From positions 2,922,909-2,946,908 of the forward strand of contig NZ_QYUK01000011.1 of NCBI RefSeq assembly GCF_003590945.1: 24,000 bases of DNA, read 5' to 3'. Position numbers and translations under genes: made by a program. How positions within the stretch are numbered: position 1 is the stretch's first letter; every line of letters begins with the position of its first letter. This stretch comes from Oleomonas cavernae (GTDB lineage: Bacteria; Pseudomonadota; Alphaproteobacteria; Zavarziniales; Zavarziniaceae). The notes below the pieces were generated by a model. It was not told where the DNA came from and made no database searches. It saw nothing but the letters and a program-made list of their open reading frames with translations. Shown here piece by piece: positions 10,137-21,789 of this stretch.

Positions 10137-11440
10137 ATGACCACGAGCCACGACACGCCGCAGGACAAGAAGCGGGACGAGCCGGCGGACGGCTCGCCCC
10201 GCCGGCCGCCGGTCGTCCTCTATCTCGCGCTGGCGCTCGCGGCCGCCCTAGGCGCCGCCGTTGCCTGGGTGGTGCTGAGCGCCCCGCCGCCGCCGCAAGC
10301 CGCGTCGGTCGCGATCGCGCCGGCCCCAGCCGCGCCCCCCCAGCCACGCCGGCCCCGGAAGCGCCACCGACCGAAGCACCACCGCCGGAAGCCACCGCCG
10401 CCGCGCCGCCCGAAACGCCTGCGCCTGAAGCACACCCGGCCGAGCCTGCGCCGCCCGAACCGGCGGTAGGCGGCAGCCTGCCTTCCCCGGCTTCCGGGAT
10501 CCAGGACACCGTGCCGACGCCCGCCGTCGAGCCGCCGCATGCGCCGCCGGCCGAGCCATCGCACGCACCGCCGGCCGAGCCGCCGCACGCACCGCCTGAA
10601 GCCGCGCCGGCGCCTGCCGCCGCACCGGTCGGCGCGCTCTCCCCCGCGCCGGACCCGGCCCTGATCGAGCCGGGACGCGAGGGATCCCTGCCGATCATCG
10701 GCGCCGACGGCCGCCAGGCCTGGCGGGTCTATGCCCGGCCCTTCGCCGATACCACCGCCCGGCCGCGCATCGCCATCATCGTGGCGGGCCTGGGTCTGCG
10801 CGAATCGACCTCGCAGGAGGCCATCGCCAGGCTGCCGGCCGATGTAACCTTAAGTTTCACACCCTATGCCCGCAACCTCGAGGATTGGACGGCCCGGGCG
10901 CGCGGCGCCGGCCACGAGATCCTGATGCAGGTGCCGATGGAACCGGTGGATTTCCCGACCAGCGACCCCGGCCCCAAGGCCCTGATGACCGGCCTCGGCC
11001 CGAACGACAACCGGGCGCGCCTGGAATGGACCCTGGCCCGTGCCACAGGCTATGTCGGCGTGATGACCTATATGGGCTCGCGCTATACCAGCAATGCCGA
11101 CGCGGTGACGGCCACGGCCGAGATTCTCAAGGCGCGCGGGCTGATGATCCTGGACAGCCACACCGCCGACCAGTCGACGGTCGCCGGCGTCGCCGGCCGG
11201 CTGGGCCTGCCCCATGCGGTCGCAACCCGTTTCATCGATGCGACGCCGACGCGCGCGGCCGTCGATGCCAGGCTCGCCGAGCTGGAGCGCTTCGCCCAGC
11301 AGAACGGCGCCGCCATCGGGATCGCCGCGGATTACCCCGGCTCGATCGAGCGGATCGCCGCCTGGGCGGCGGGGCTCGAAGCCCGCGGCTTCGTCCTTGC
11401 CCCGGTCAGTGCGCTGGCCGACACCACGACCGCCGAGTAG
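10137..11440 (+). CDS. Divergent polysaccharide deacetylase family protein (YibQ/DUF610-like), split by an apparent frameshift at a C7 tract (10335-10341)
   Basis: N-terminal part (10137-10469) has a TM segment, VVLYLALALAAALGAAVAWVVLS. The C-terminal part (ORF from 10511) has RPRIAIIVAGLGLRESTSQEAIARLPADVTLSFTPYARNLEDW...GHEILMQVPMEPVDFP...LMILDSHTADQSTV. Restoring one C joins them through a Pro/Glu/Ala linker. Confidence 0.85.
10529..10600 (+). repeat. Three tandem 24-nt units encoding EPPHAPPA / EPSHAPPA / EPPHAPPE
   Basis: gagccgccgcatgcgccgccggcc, gagccatcgcacgcaccgccggcc, gagccgccgcacgcaccgcctgaa read directly. Confidence 0.85.
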
Positions 11441-11446
11441 GAGATT

Positions 11447-11920
11447 ATGGACATTACAGCCCTGCCCTACCGGCCCTGCGTCGGCATCATGCTGATCAAC
11501 CAGGACAACAAGGTCTTCGTCGGCCAGCGCTTGGACCAGATCGCGGAAGCCTGGCAGATGCCCCAGGGCGGCATCGACCCGGGCGAAAGCCCCGAGGTCG
11601 CCGCCCTGCGCGAGTTGAAGGAAGAGGTCGGCACCGACAAGGCCGAAATCATCGCGCAAAGCCGGGACTGGCTGACCTACGACCTGCCGGCCGACCTGAT
11701 CGGCAAATTGTGGAAGGGCCGCTATCGCGGGCAGAGGCAGAAATGGCTCGCCATGCGTTTCCTAGGCGACGACCGGGATATCGACATCGCTACCCACGAG
11801 CCCGAGTTCATGGCCTGGCGCTGGATCGAGCCCGACCTGCTGCCCGACGTCATCGTCCCCTTCAAGCGCGATCTCTATACCCAGATCGTCGCCGAGTTCC
11901 GCCACCTGTTCCCGCGTTGA
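11447..11920 (+). CDS. rppH: RNA pyrophosphohydrolase (Nudix)
   Basis: 157 aa; [58 protein letters not shown] (Nudix box), [12 protein letters not shown]. Confidence 0.96.
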   Translation: MDITALPYRPCVGIMLINQDNKVFVGQRLDQIAEAWQMPQGGIDPGESPEVAALRELKEEVGTDKAEIIAQSRDWLTYDLPADLIGKLWKGRYRGQRQKWLAMRFLGDDRDIDIATHEPEFMAWRWIEPDLLPDVIVPFKRDLYTQIVAEFRHLFPR

Positions 11921-11932
11921 GGCCCAACTATT

Positions 11933-12742
11933 ATGAGTAAACCCGCACCGGACCGGGCTGCGCCCAAGGGCGAGATGGTTCTGCTACACGGGGCGTTCAG
12001 CGGCGGCTGGGCGATGGAGGGCTGGGCCGAGGTGATGCGGGCACGGGGCTGGAACTGCCATACCCCCAGCCTGCTGCACCACGACACGCCCGCCCACGGG
12101 CGCCCGCATCCCGATCTGGGGCGGACCGGCCTGACCGATTTTGCCGACGACATCGCCCACAAGATCAAGGCGCTGCCGGAAAAGCCGGTGATCGTCGGCC
12201 ATTCCATGGGCGGCCTCGTCGCGCAGATGCTGGCCGGCCGCAACCTGGCCCGTGCCATCGTCCTGCTGGCCCCCAGCCCGCCCTGGGGGGTGATGCCCTC
12301 GACCGATTTCGAGGTCCTCTCAGCCGTCGGCATGGTTGCCACCCTGGGCATCTTCTGGGATGGCCCGATCCATCCGGTCTACCGGGTGGCGCGGGATCAC
12401 ACCCTGAACCGCCTGCCGCGGGACGAGGCGCGGGCGGTCTTCGCCCGTTTCGTGCCCGAATCCGGCCGCGCCGTGTTCGAGATCATGCATTCGATCTGGG
12501 ACATCCGCCGCGCCAGCCGGGTCGAGCCGTGGACGGTCAAATGCCCGGTTTTCGCTGCGGCGGGCAGCGACGACCGGGTGAATTCGCCGCGCACGGTCCA
12601 GCGGATCGCCAGCCGCTACCAGGACAGCGGCCGCTCGGTGTTTCGCGAATACGAAGGTTTCAGCCATTGGATGCTGAGCGAGCCGGGCTGGGAGGCAATC
12701 GCCCGCGACGGCGCCGACTGGCTGGACACGATCGGGCCATGA
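11933..12742 (+). CDS. Alpha/beta-fold hydrolase
   Basis: VLLHGAFSGGWAMEGWAEVMRARGW, nucleophile elbow VIVGHSMGGLVAQ, PVFAAAGSDDRV, EGFSHWML (Asp and His catalytic candidates). Confidence 0.9.
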   Translation: MSKPAPDRAAPKGEMVLLHGAFSGGWAMEGWAEVMRARGWNCHTPSLLHHDTPAHGRPHPDLGRTGLTDFADDIAHKIKALPEKPVIVGHSMGGLVAQMLAGRNLARAIVLLAPSPPWGVMPSTDFEVLSAVGMVATLGIFWDGPIHPVYRVARDHTLNRLPRDEARAVFARFVPESGRAVFEIMHSIWDIRRASRVEPWTVKCPVFAAAGSDDRVNSPRTVQRIASRYQDSGRSVFREYEGFSHWMLSEPGWEAIARDGADWLDTIGP

Positions 12743-13212
12743 TCCGCGCCCTGTCCCTGGCGGCGGGAATCGGGCTGCTGGCGACCGCGGCACCGGCCAG
12801 GGCCGATATCGCACCGCCCCCGACCGACGACAGCACCCTGGTCGAGATCGTGCCGCCGGGCGAGCTGGACGGCAGTTGGCGTGTGGTGACCAACGACAAG
12901 GCCGAGATCCCGATCGTCACCCTGGATATCGCCCATGCCGCGGACGAGGCGCGGGCGGCCGGGGTCTTTACCGCCCTGCCGGGCCTGTGCCCGCCGGCCA
13001 CCGCGGGCGACGATTGCGAATGGGACGGCATCACCGGCGAAGTGACCGACATCGTGCTGACCGATACCGGGGTGCTGATCAGCTTCAACCCCAGCGCCGG
13101 CGCCGACGACGAGCAGAACCTGCGCCTTGCCCCGCAGCCGGACGGCTCGTGGACCGGCACCCTCGACGGTCAGCCGCCGCGCAAGGTGAAGATGAGCCGC
13201 CCGCCCGAATAG
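12739..13212 (+). CDS. Small secreted protein of unknown function
   Basis: ATG at 12739 overlaps the hydrolase TGA (ATGA). MIRALSLAAGIGLLATAAPARA looks like a Sec signal peptide followed by ~135 aa mature region with two Cys. The longer ORF from 12529 is an out-of-frame extension over the hydrolase. Confidence 0.7.
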   Translation: MIRALSLAAGIGLLATAAPARADIAPPPTDDSTLVEIVPPGELDGSWRVVTNDKAEIPIVTLDIAHAADEARAAGVFTALPGLCPPATAGDDCEWDGITGEVTDIVLTDTGVLISFNPSAGADDEQNLRLAPQPDGSWTGTLDGQPPRKVKMSRPPE

Positions 13213-13215
13213 GGC

Positions 13216-13722
13216 CTAGCCGTCGACACCCATGATGCCCGGCGACTGGGGCCCGAACAGGATCTGGCGCACCGCACGGGCGAAATTGTCGATCAGGACA
13301 TCGTCGGGCAGGCCGGGCAGCGGTTCCATGGCAACACCGTTGATGTTGTCGCGCAGCACGACAAGATCGCCGCTGGCGGCAACCTGGCCCGTCTTGGGCC
13401 CGACCAGTTGCACCCGGCCATCCAACTGGCCGCCAAGCGCCAGGGCCGTATTGCCGGTGCCCGTCCCCTTGACGTAGTTGGTCAGGGAAACCTCGAGGTT
13501 AAGGGGATAGCTGCCGTTGGGATTGGTGGCGAACTCCCCCTCCAGGCGCTTCTGCAGGGCGGTGTCGATACGGTCGGGAATGCCGGGGCCATTGACCGTC
13601 ACCTTGACCACGCGCACGGCCGGCGTGAGCAGGGCCTGATAGGGCGACGGCTCGGGTTCGCAGGCGGCGATGCCGATGGCGGCCGTCACCAGGACAGCCA
13701 GGCGGAAGACATGGCGCAGCAT
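13216..13722 (-). CDS. Putative lipoprotein of unknown function
   Basis: 168 aa; MLRHVFRLAVLVTAAIGIAACEPEPSPY with lipobox-like IAAC; mature part conserved-looking (VKVTVNGPGIPDRIDTALQKRLEGEF). Confidence 0.8.
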   Translation of the reverse strand: MLRHVFRLAVLVTAAIGIAACEPEPSPYQALLTPAVRVVKVTVNGPGIPDRIDTALQKRLEGEFATNPNGSYPLNLEVSLTNYVKGTGTGNTALALGGQLDGRVQLVGPKTGQVAASGDLVVLRDNINGVAMEPLPGLPDDVLIDNFARAVRQILFGPQSPGIMGVDG

Positions 13723-13853
13723 CGAGTAATCCCCAGCCCCGAGAAACCAGCCGCGTATTGTTGCCGCGACGGCCCCTCGCGGGCAAGTGCCGCTGAAAAA
13801 TTAGCCCTCTCCGCCCCCGAGCTACAGGATCCGCAGATCTGCTTCGGCGGAGC

Positions 13854-13898
13854 ACAAAGCCCTCTCCTCCGAGGGAGGAGAGGGTTGGGTGAGGAGGT
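13854..13898 (+). repeat. 45-bp inverted repeat, left copy
   Basis: acaaagccctctcctccgagggaggagagggttgggtgaggaggt; its reverse complement is found exactly at 14310-14354. Confidence 0.97.
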
Positions 13899-13933
13899 CG
13901 TAGAGCCGCAGGACACCAGCATCGTAAGGTGGA

Positions 13934-14275
13934 TCAGGCCGCTTCGAGGTGCCGGCGGATCTCCTCGATGACTCCGGTCAGATTCGTCATCACCTCATTG
14001 TTCCAGAAGCGGATGACACGATAGCCGTGTCTGGCGATCACGGCCGTTCGTGACGCATCTGCTGCCACGCTTAGCGCATGCTGGCCGCCATCGAGCTCAA
14101 TCACCAAACGCCGCTTGGGACAGGCGAAATCAACGAAATAGGGACCGATCGGGTGCTGGCGCCGGAATTTCCAGATCAGGTTGGCCTCGAGCAGAGCACG
14201 CCATAGCCGTTTCTCCGCCTCGGTGGCATCACGACGAAGGCGGCGGGCGACAAGGGTCTGCGGGCTGACGGTCAT
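13934..14275 (-). CDS. DUF559 domain protein (PD-(D/E)XK / Vsr-like endonuclease fold)
   Basis: MTVSPQTLVARRLRRDATEAEKRLWRALLEANLIWKFRRQHPIGPYFVDFACPKRRLVIELDGGQHALSVAADASRTAVIARHGYRVIRFWNNEVMTNLTGVIEEIRRHLEAA. The ORF-track start at 14476 would translate through the repeat and into the neighbouring gene, so the ATG at 14275 is preferred. Confidence 0.93.
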   Translation of the reverse strand: MTVSPQTLVARRLRRDATEAEKRLWRALLEANLIWKFRRQHPIGPYFVDFACPKRRLVIELDGGQHALSVAADASRTAVIARHGYRVIRFWNNEVMTNLTGVIEEIRRHLEAA

Positions 14276-14309
14276 GAGATGAATTTGTCCGACGATCTCC
14301 TGCCCCACA

Positions 14310-14354
14310 ACCTCCTCACCCAACCCTCTCCTCCCTCGGAGGAGAGGGCTTTGT
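14310..14354 (-). repeat. 45-bp inverted repeat, right copy
   Basis: acctcctcacccaaccctctcctccctcggaggagagggctttgt; exact reverse complement of 13854-13898. Confidence 0.97.
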
Positions 14355-14375
14355 ACGCGGCGGAGAGGGTGTCGA

Positions 14376-15194
14376 CTAAGCGGCCGTGCGTTCCAGCTTG
14401 CGGGTGCGCCTTGCCCACAGCCACCAGGCGCCGCGCTGGGTGATGGCGGCAACGGGGCCGTGCGGTTGCAGGCCAATGGCCTTCATCATCATCGAGATCG
14501 CCCGGGCCAGGTGGCCATAGCGATAATTGCGATAGGCGCGCCGGCCATAGGCATTCAGCGACCGCACCCGGTCGTAGGGCATGTCGGCGCCGAAATTGGC
14601 GCAATGGAAGGCATAGGACAGTTCGTCGTCATCCGCCTCGTTGATCCGGCCCAGCGCCACGCGCAGTTTCGAGAACAGGCTCATCTGGTCGGGATTGTAA
14701 CGCTTGAGATTGTCGTAGAAGAGCTTGAAGTGACGGAACTCGTCGCCGGCGATCATGTGGCAGATCTGCTTCAGGACCGGTTCCTCGGCGGCATCGCGAA
14801 TCGCGCTGTAATAGCTCGACGTGCCACATTCGACGACGCAGCGCGCCAGCAGTTCCGCCGCGCGCGAACCGCGCACCGAATCGGTCACATCCAGCGGCAG
14901 CCGATAGCCCGCGCGGAACCGGCGCAGGCTGTCTTCGAAATCGAAACGGGGATCGGCATGCTTGGCCCAGGCGGCCAGCGCCAGCCCGTGCATCTCCTCC
15001 TCGTCGCCCCAGCGGCGGATCAGCCCGTGCAGGTCGACGTCATCCTTGAAGACGTTCAGCAGATAGGTGACATAGTCGCGGCTGTTGGCCTCGACCAGAC
15101 TTGCCGCCTTGACGGCCATGACCATGTCCGGGTCAATCTTGGTCGGGTCGAAATTCTCCCACCCGATATCATCAAGTCCCCATTGACGGCCCAT
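14376..15194 (-). CDS. Ferritin-like (diiron) superfamily protein
   Basis: 272 aa; helical segments with candidate iron ligands LVEANSRDY, GDEEEMHGL, VVECGTSSYYSAI, MIAGDEFRHFKLFYD. Confidence 0.8.
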   Translation of the reverse strand: MGRQWGLDDIGWENFDPTKIDPDMVMAVKAASLVEANSRDYVTYLLNVFKDDVDLHGLIRRWGDEEEMHGLALAAWAKHADPRFDFEDSLRRFRAGYRLPLDVTDSVRGSRAAELLARCVVECGTSSYYSAIRDAAEEPVLKQICHMIAGDEFRHFKLFYDNLKRYNPDQMSLFSKLRVALGRINEADDDELSYAFHCANFGADMPYDRVRSLNAYGRRAYRNYRYGHLARAISMMMKAIGLQPHGPVAAITQRGAWWLWARRTRKLERTAA

Positions 15195-15346
15195 GCCTAC
15201 TCTCTCCCGCTGCCGTGGCCTGCGTGTCGGAATTCTAGCACAAGCGGCTGGCGCAAATCAGCCATAGCCCGGTATAGGCGCGGAAAGTGTGACACGCAAG
15301 CTACAGCCGCCCCGTTGCCGGGACCGATCGCGCAACCCGATCGGTG

Positions 15347-16018
15347 CTATTCGGTCGGGACGGCCGCCGCCCTGGCCCGGAATACCGTCGCCATGGCAAC
15401 CAGACGTCCATATTCGGGGCGTATTTGCTCGGGCATGGTGATGTTTATCCCGACGGCGCCGTTTGCCGACAGTTTGTAGAACATGAAGGACCGGATGCCG
15501 TCGACCGGCGCCGGGGGGTTCTTCTCGGGAATCCAGCCGCTGTCCTCGTCCTGCAGCATGGCGATCGTGGCCTCGGCGGCATCCAGACTGTCCAGCAGGG
15601 CCACCCGGCAGCGATCGACCGGTGTCGGCAGCAGGACAAAGGTTTGAATCTGGCCCTCAATGCCTTCGGTCGCGGTCCAGAACATCTTCTGGCCCTCCAG
15701 ATCGACCGAGACGGCCTTGATTTCCTGCGCCGGCGCCCGGCTCGGATCCTCCATGCCGCCGCGGAACCCGGTACGATCCCCGATGGCAACGGCATCGCCC
15801 ATGGTCTTGGCGGTCGAGATCAGTTCGGCACAGAAACCAGCAGCGCCGGCAAAGAACTGCTCGGCCAGGGGCCGGCCCTCTGGTGCCGGTGCGGATGCCT
15901 CGGGTGCCGCCGCGGTGGCCCCCGTCTCCTCCGGCGTTTCGCAACCAGCCAGCAGGAACCCCGCAAAACCGAGCACGACCGGCATCAGGCGCAGGCTATC
16001 CCGGATCGGCCTTGCCAT
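15347..16018 (-). CDS. Putative lipoprotein of unknown function
   Basis: Internal start MARPIRDSLRLMPVVLGFAGFLLAGCETPEETGA gives a signal peptide plus lipobox (LLAGC). The ORF is open upstream to 16075. Confidence 0.75.
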   Translation of the reverse strand: MARPIRDSLRLMPVVLGFAGFLLAGCETPEETGATAAAPEASAPAPEGRPLAEQFFAGAAGFCAELISTAKTMGDAVAIGDRTGFRGGMEDPSRAPAQEIKAVSVDLEGQKMFWTATEGIEGQIQTFVLLPTPVDRCRVALLDSLDAAEATIAMLQDEDSGWIPEKNPPAPVDGIRSFMFYKLSANGAVGINITMPEQIRPEYGRLVAMATVFRARAAAVPTE

Positions 16019-16151
16019 GGCTGTCCCCCTTTGATGGCGTTGCCGGAAAGATAAGGCCGGCCGGCGGACAAGCAAACCGTCCTGTTCGGCAATCCACCGG
16101 ACCCGCGAAAAGTTCCCGGCGGCGACGGGAGAGCCAGGGTCTGCGCTGCAA

Positions 16152-16185
16152 ACGACAACGGCGGCCCGATGGGCCGCCGTCGTTC
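16152..16185 (-). terminator. Putative terminator downstream of atpC (minus strand)
   Basis: Perfect 9-bp stem cggcggccc / gggccgccg with 3-nt loop (16159-16179), further pairing aacga/tcgtt with a small bulge. On the minus strand it is followed by TTGTCGTTTG, not a clean T tract. Confidence 0.5.
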
Positions 16186-16205
16186 AACTCGGTCGATGTG
16201 CCGGA

Positions 16206-16604
16206 TCAGGCGGCGTCGAGGACTTCCCGAATCGCCTGGGCCCGGGTTTCGGCGCGCAGGCGCTGGGTGTCGTCCGCGGCAGCGGCGATGTCCGCCTCGG
16301 CATCCTTCAGCTTGGCCTGCCAGTCGGCCTTCTTGGCGGTGGCGAGGTCGATCGCCTCCTCCGCCAGGATGGTCAGGCCGTCGGGCGTCACCTGGGCGAA
16401 GCCGCCGCGCACGAACAGGCGCGTGGAGACCTTGCCGGCCTCGTAGACCTCGACCACGCCGGTGCGCACCAGGGCGACCAGCGGGGCATGGTCCGGCAGG
16501 ACGCCGAAATCGCCGTCGGCACCCGGCACCACCACCTGCTCGACATCCGCCGAGAACAGCAGCTTTTCCGGGCTCACCAGTTCGAAATGGACCTTGTCGG
16601 CCAT
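16206..16604 (-). CDS. atpC: F0F1 ATP synthase subunit epsilon
   Basis: MADKVHFELVSPEKLLFSADVEQVVVPGADGDFGVLPDHAPLVALVRTG; directly downstream of atpD. Confidence 0.96.
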   Translation of the reverse strand: MADKVHFELVSPEKLLFSADVEQVVVPGADGDFGVLPDHAPLVALVRTGVVEVYEAGKVSTRLFVRGGFAQVTPDGLTILAEEAIDLATAKKADWQAKLKDAEADIAAAADDTQRLRAETRAQAIREVLDAA

Positions 16605-16620
16605 CTGTCTTCAGCCTTCC

Positions 16621-18956
<2,336 letters not shown>

Positions 18957-18990
18957 GGCTGGCTATCCCTTACGCTACTTGGCCGGGGCG

Positions 18991-20519
<1,529 letters not shown>

Positions 20520-20520
<1 letters not shown>

Positions 20521-21080
20521 TATGCAATTCCCTTCATGGCGACCGCGAGGCGGTCCAGCTTGGTTTTGAGGCTGCCGTCGATCTGGCGCGATCCGACTCG
20601 CACCACGAGGCCGCCGAGGAGGCTTTGATCGACTTTCGCGTCGATCACGACGGTCGCGCCGATCAGGCGCGACAATTCGGCTTTGAGCTGCGCGTCCTGG
20701 GCGGCGGTCAGCGGCTCGGCCGAGACCACGTTGGCCGTGACTTCGCCGCGGTTCTTGGCGGCCAGCGCGCGGAAGGCGCTGATCGCCGCCGGCAGCGCGA
20801 ACAGGCGGCCGTTCCGGGCCAGCAGACGCACGAAGTTTGAGGCATAGGGGCCGATGCCGGCGCGCGACAGCAAGGCGGTCATGCCGCGTTCCTGCTCGTC
20901 GCGCTTGCGGATCGGGCTGCGCAGAAAGCGCCCCAGATCCGGCGATTCATCGATCAGCGCCGCGATACGAATGAGATCGCCTTCCACCGGGCCGATCGCA
21001 TTGCCCTGCCTGGACAGATCGAACAGCGCCGAGGCGTAGCGCCCCGCAATTTGTGCAACGATCGATGATGAGGTTGCCAA
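20520..21080 (-). CDS. atpH: F0F1 ATP synthase subunit delta
   Basis: 186 aa; [15 protein letters not shown] ... [40 protein letters not shown]; first gene of the F1 operon. Confidence 0.96.
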
Positions 21081-21391
21081 GACCTGTCGCCCCCGGCAGC
21101 CGCCCCGCAGGGGCCACCTCTAAGCTATTGAAATCACAAGACGAAATGTGGCGCGCCGAAAGCGCGCGCGAACCCCGCCCGCCAAAGCAAGCGGTACGTA
21201 CCACAGGCATTTGTGTGCTGCAACCAAAAGGCCCGCGTCAAAATGGCCAAAGCCCGTGATTGCGGCGGCAAAATGACCGCGTCTTCGACCTTCGTCGTAA
21301 TTTTCCGCTCCCCCACCGCCATTCGAACGATGCCAGCGGGGTTCTTCGGAGTCATGGTGGGCCCAAGCGGCGACAAGCCCGGAGGCGAGCC

Positions 21392-21616
21392 ATGGAATTC
21401 AACCTCGAGGCCACCAGCGACGAGATCTCGGCCGAGATCCTCACCGCCTACCTCGCCGGCTATGGCACGGCCGCCCTGTACGAAAATACGATCGACGTCT
21501 GGACCGCCAAGACCGGCGGGCCCGAAGCCTATGCCAAGCGCCTGTTCGAGAATCAGTGGCAGCGCAAAGCCTATGCCCAGGGCTTCGGCGACCGGCTGGG
21601 GTCGGCGGGGAAATAA
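21392..21616 (+). CDS. Small hypothetical protein (74 aa)
   Basis: ATG at 21392 gives MEFNLEATSDEISAEILTAYLAGYGTAALYENTIDVWTAKTGGPEAYAKRLFENQWQRKAYAQGFGDRLGSAGK, with acidic/aromatic composition unlike a shadow ORF. The ORF-track start at 21260 looks too early. Confidence 0.6.
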   Translation: MEFNLEATSDEISAEILTAYLAGYGTAALYENTIDVWTAKTGGPEAYAKRLFENQWQRKAYAQGFGDRLGSAGK

Positions 21617-21648
21617 CCTCTCTTTCCAGGACCAGGCACCTCTCTTGT

Positions 21649-21756
21649 CGTCATGGCCGGGCGAAGTCCCGGCCATCCACGTCGGCAAGCTGCCTCTTGC
21701 GTCAACGGATGTGGCTCGTCCCGACGTGGATGACCGGGACAAGCCCGGTCATGACG
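21649..21756. repeat. REP/BIME-like pair of short palindromes in inverted orientation
   Basis: cgtcatggccgggcgaagtcccggccatccacgtcgg (21649-21685) and ccgacgtggatgaccgggacaagcccggtcatgacg (21721-21756). Each holds a 9-bp perfect stem (ATGGCCGGG/CCCGGCCAT; ATGACCGGG/CCCGGTCAT), and the two arms are near reverse complements. Confidence 0.85.
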
Positions 21757-21789
21757 AGTGAGAGTGATGCCGAAGTCTATGGGGTGACT

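Larger units (their letters stand above)
13804..14370. mobile_element. Inverted-repeat-bounded cassette carrying a DUF559 gene (putative)
   Basis: Outer ends gccctctccgcc (13804-13815) / ggcggagagggt (14359-14370) are 11/12 inverted. The inner 45-bp perfect inverted repeat (13854-13898 / 14310-14354) flanks the gene with 35 and 34 nt spacers. Confidence 0.5.

Noticed and set aside
8873-10168. Long minus-strand ORF (431 aa) and plus-strand 8875..10140 (421 aa) over ctpA
   Set aside because: Both are alternate-frame shadows of the confident S41 peptidase.
13408-13971. 187-aa plus-strand ORF
   Set aside because: Antisense to the lipoprotein gene, then runs through the 45-bp repeat; no protein-like domain.
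13854-14354. Possible CRISPR-like or toxin-antitoxin interpretation of the repeat-bounded unit
   Set aside because: Only two repeat copies, inverted rather than direct, no spacers, one gene with no partner. The inverted-repeat cassette model fits better.
14276-14476. N-terminal 67-aa extension of the DUF559 ORF (MACNRTAPLPPSP...VQSPLLRGRRGLGEEVVGQEIVGQIHL)
   Set aside because: It is translation of the inverted repeat and of the 3' end of the ferritin-like gene. The same peptide SPLLRGRRGLGEEVV also appears in the plus-strand ORF 13408..13971 from the other repeat copy.
15323-15345. Inverted pair accgatcg / cgatcggt just past the lipoprotein stop
   Set aside because: Could be a weak terminator, but there is no T tract on the minus strand and an 8-bp stem is not strong evidence alone.
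21134-21742. 202-aa minus-strand ORF spanning the palindrome pair and the small ORF
   Set aside because: Starts inside the palindrome region and lies antisense to the more protein-like 74-aa ORF; no recognised family.
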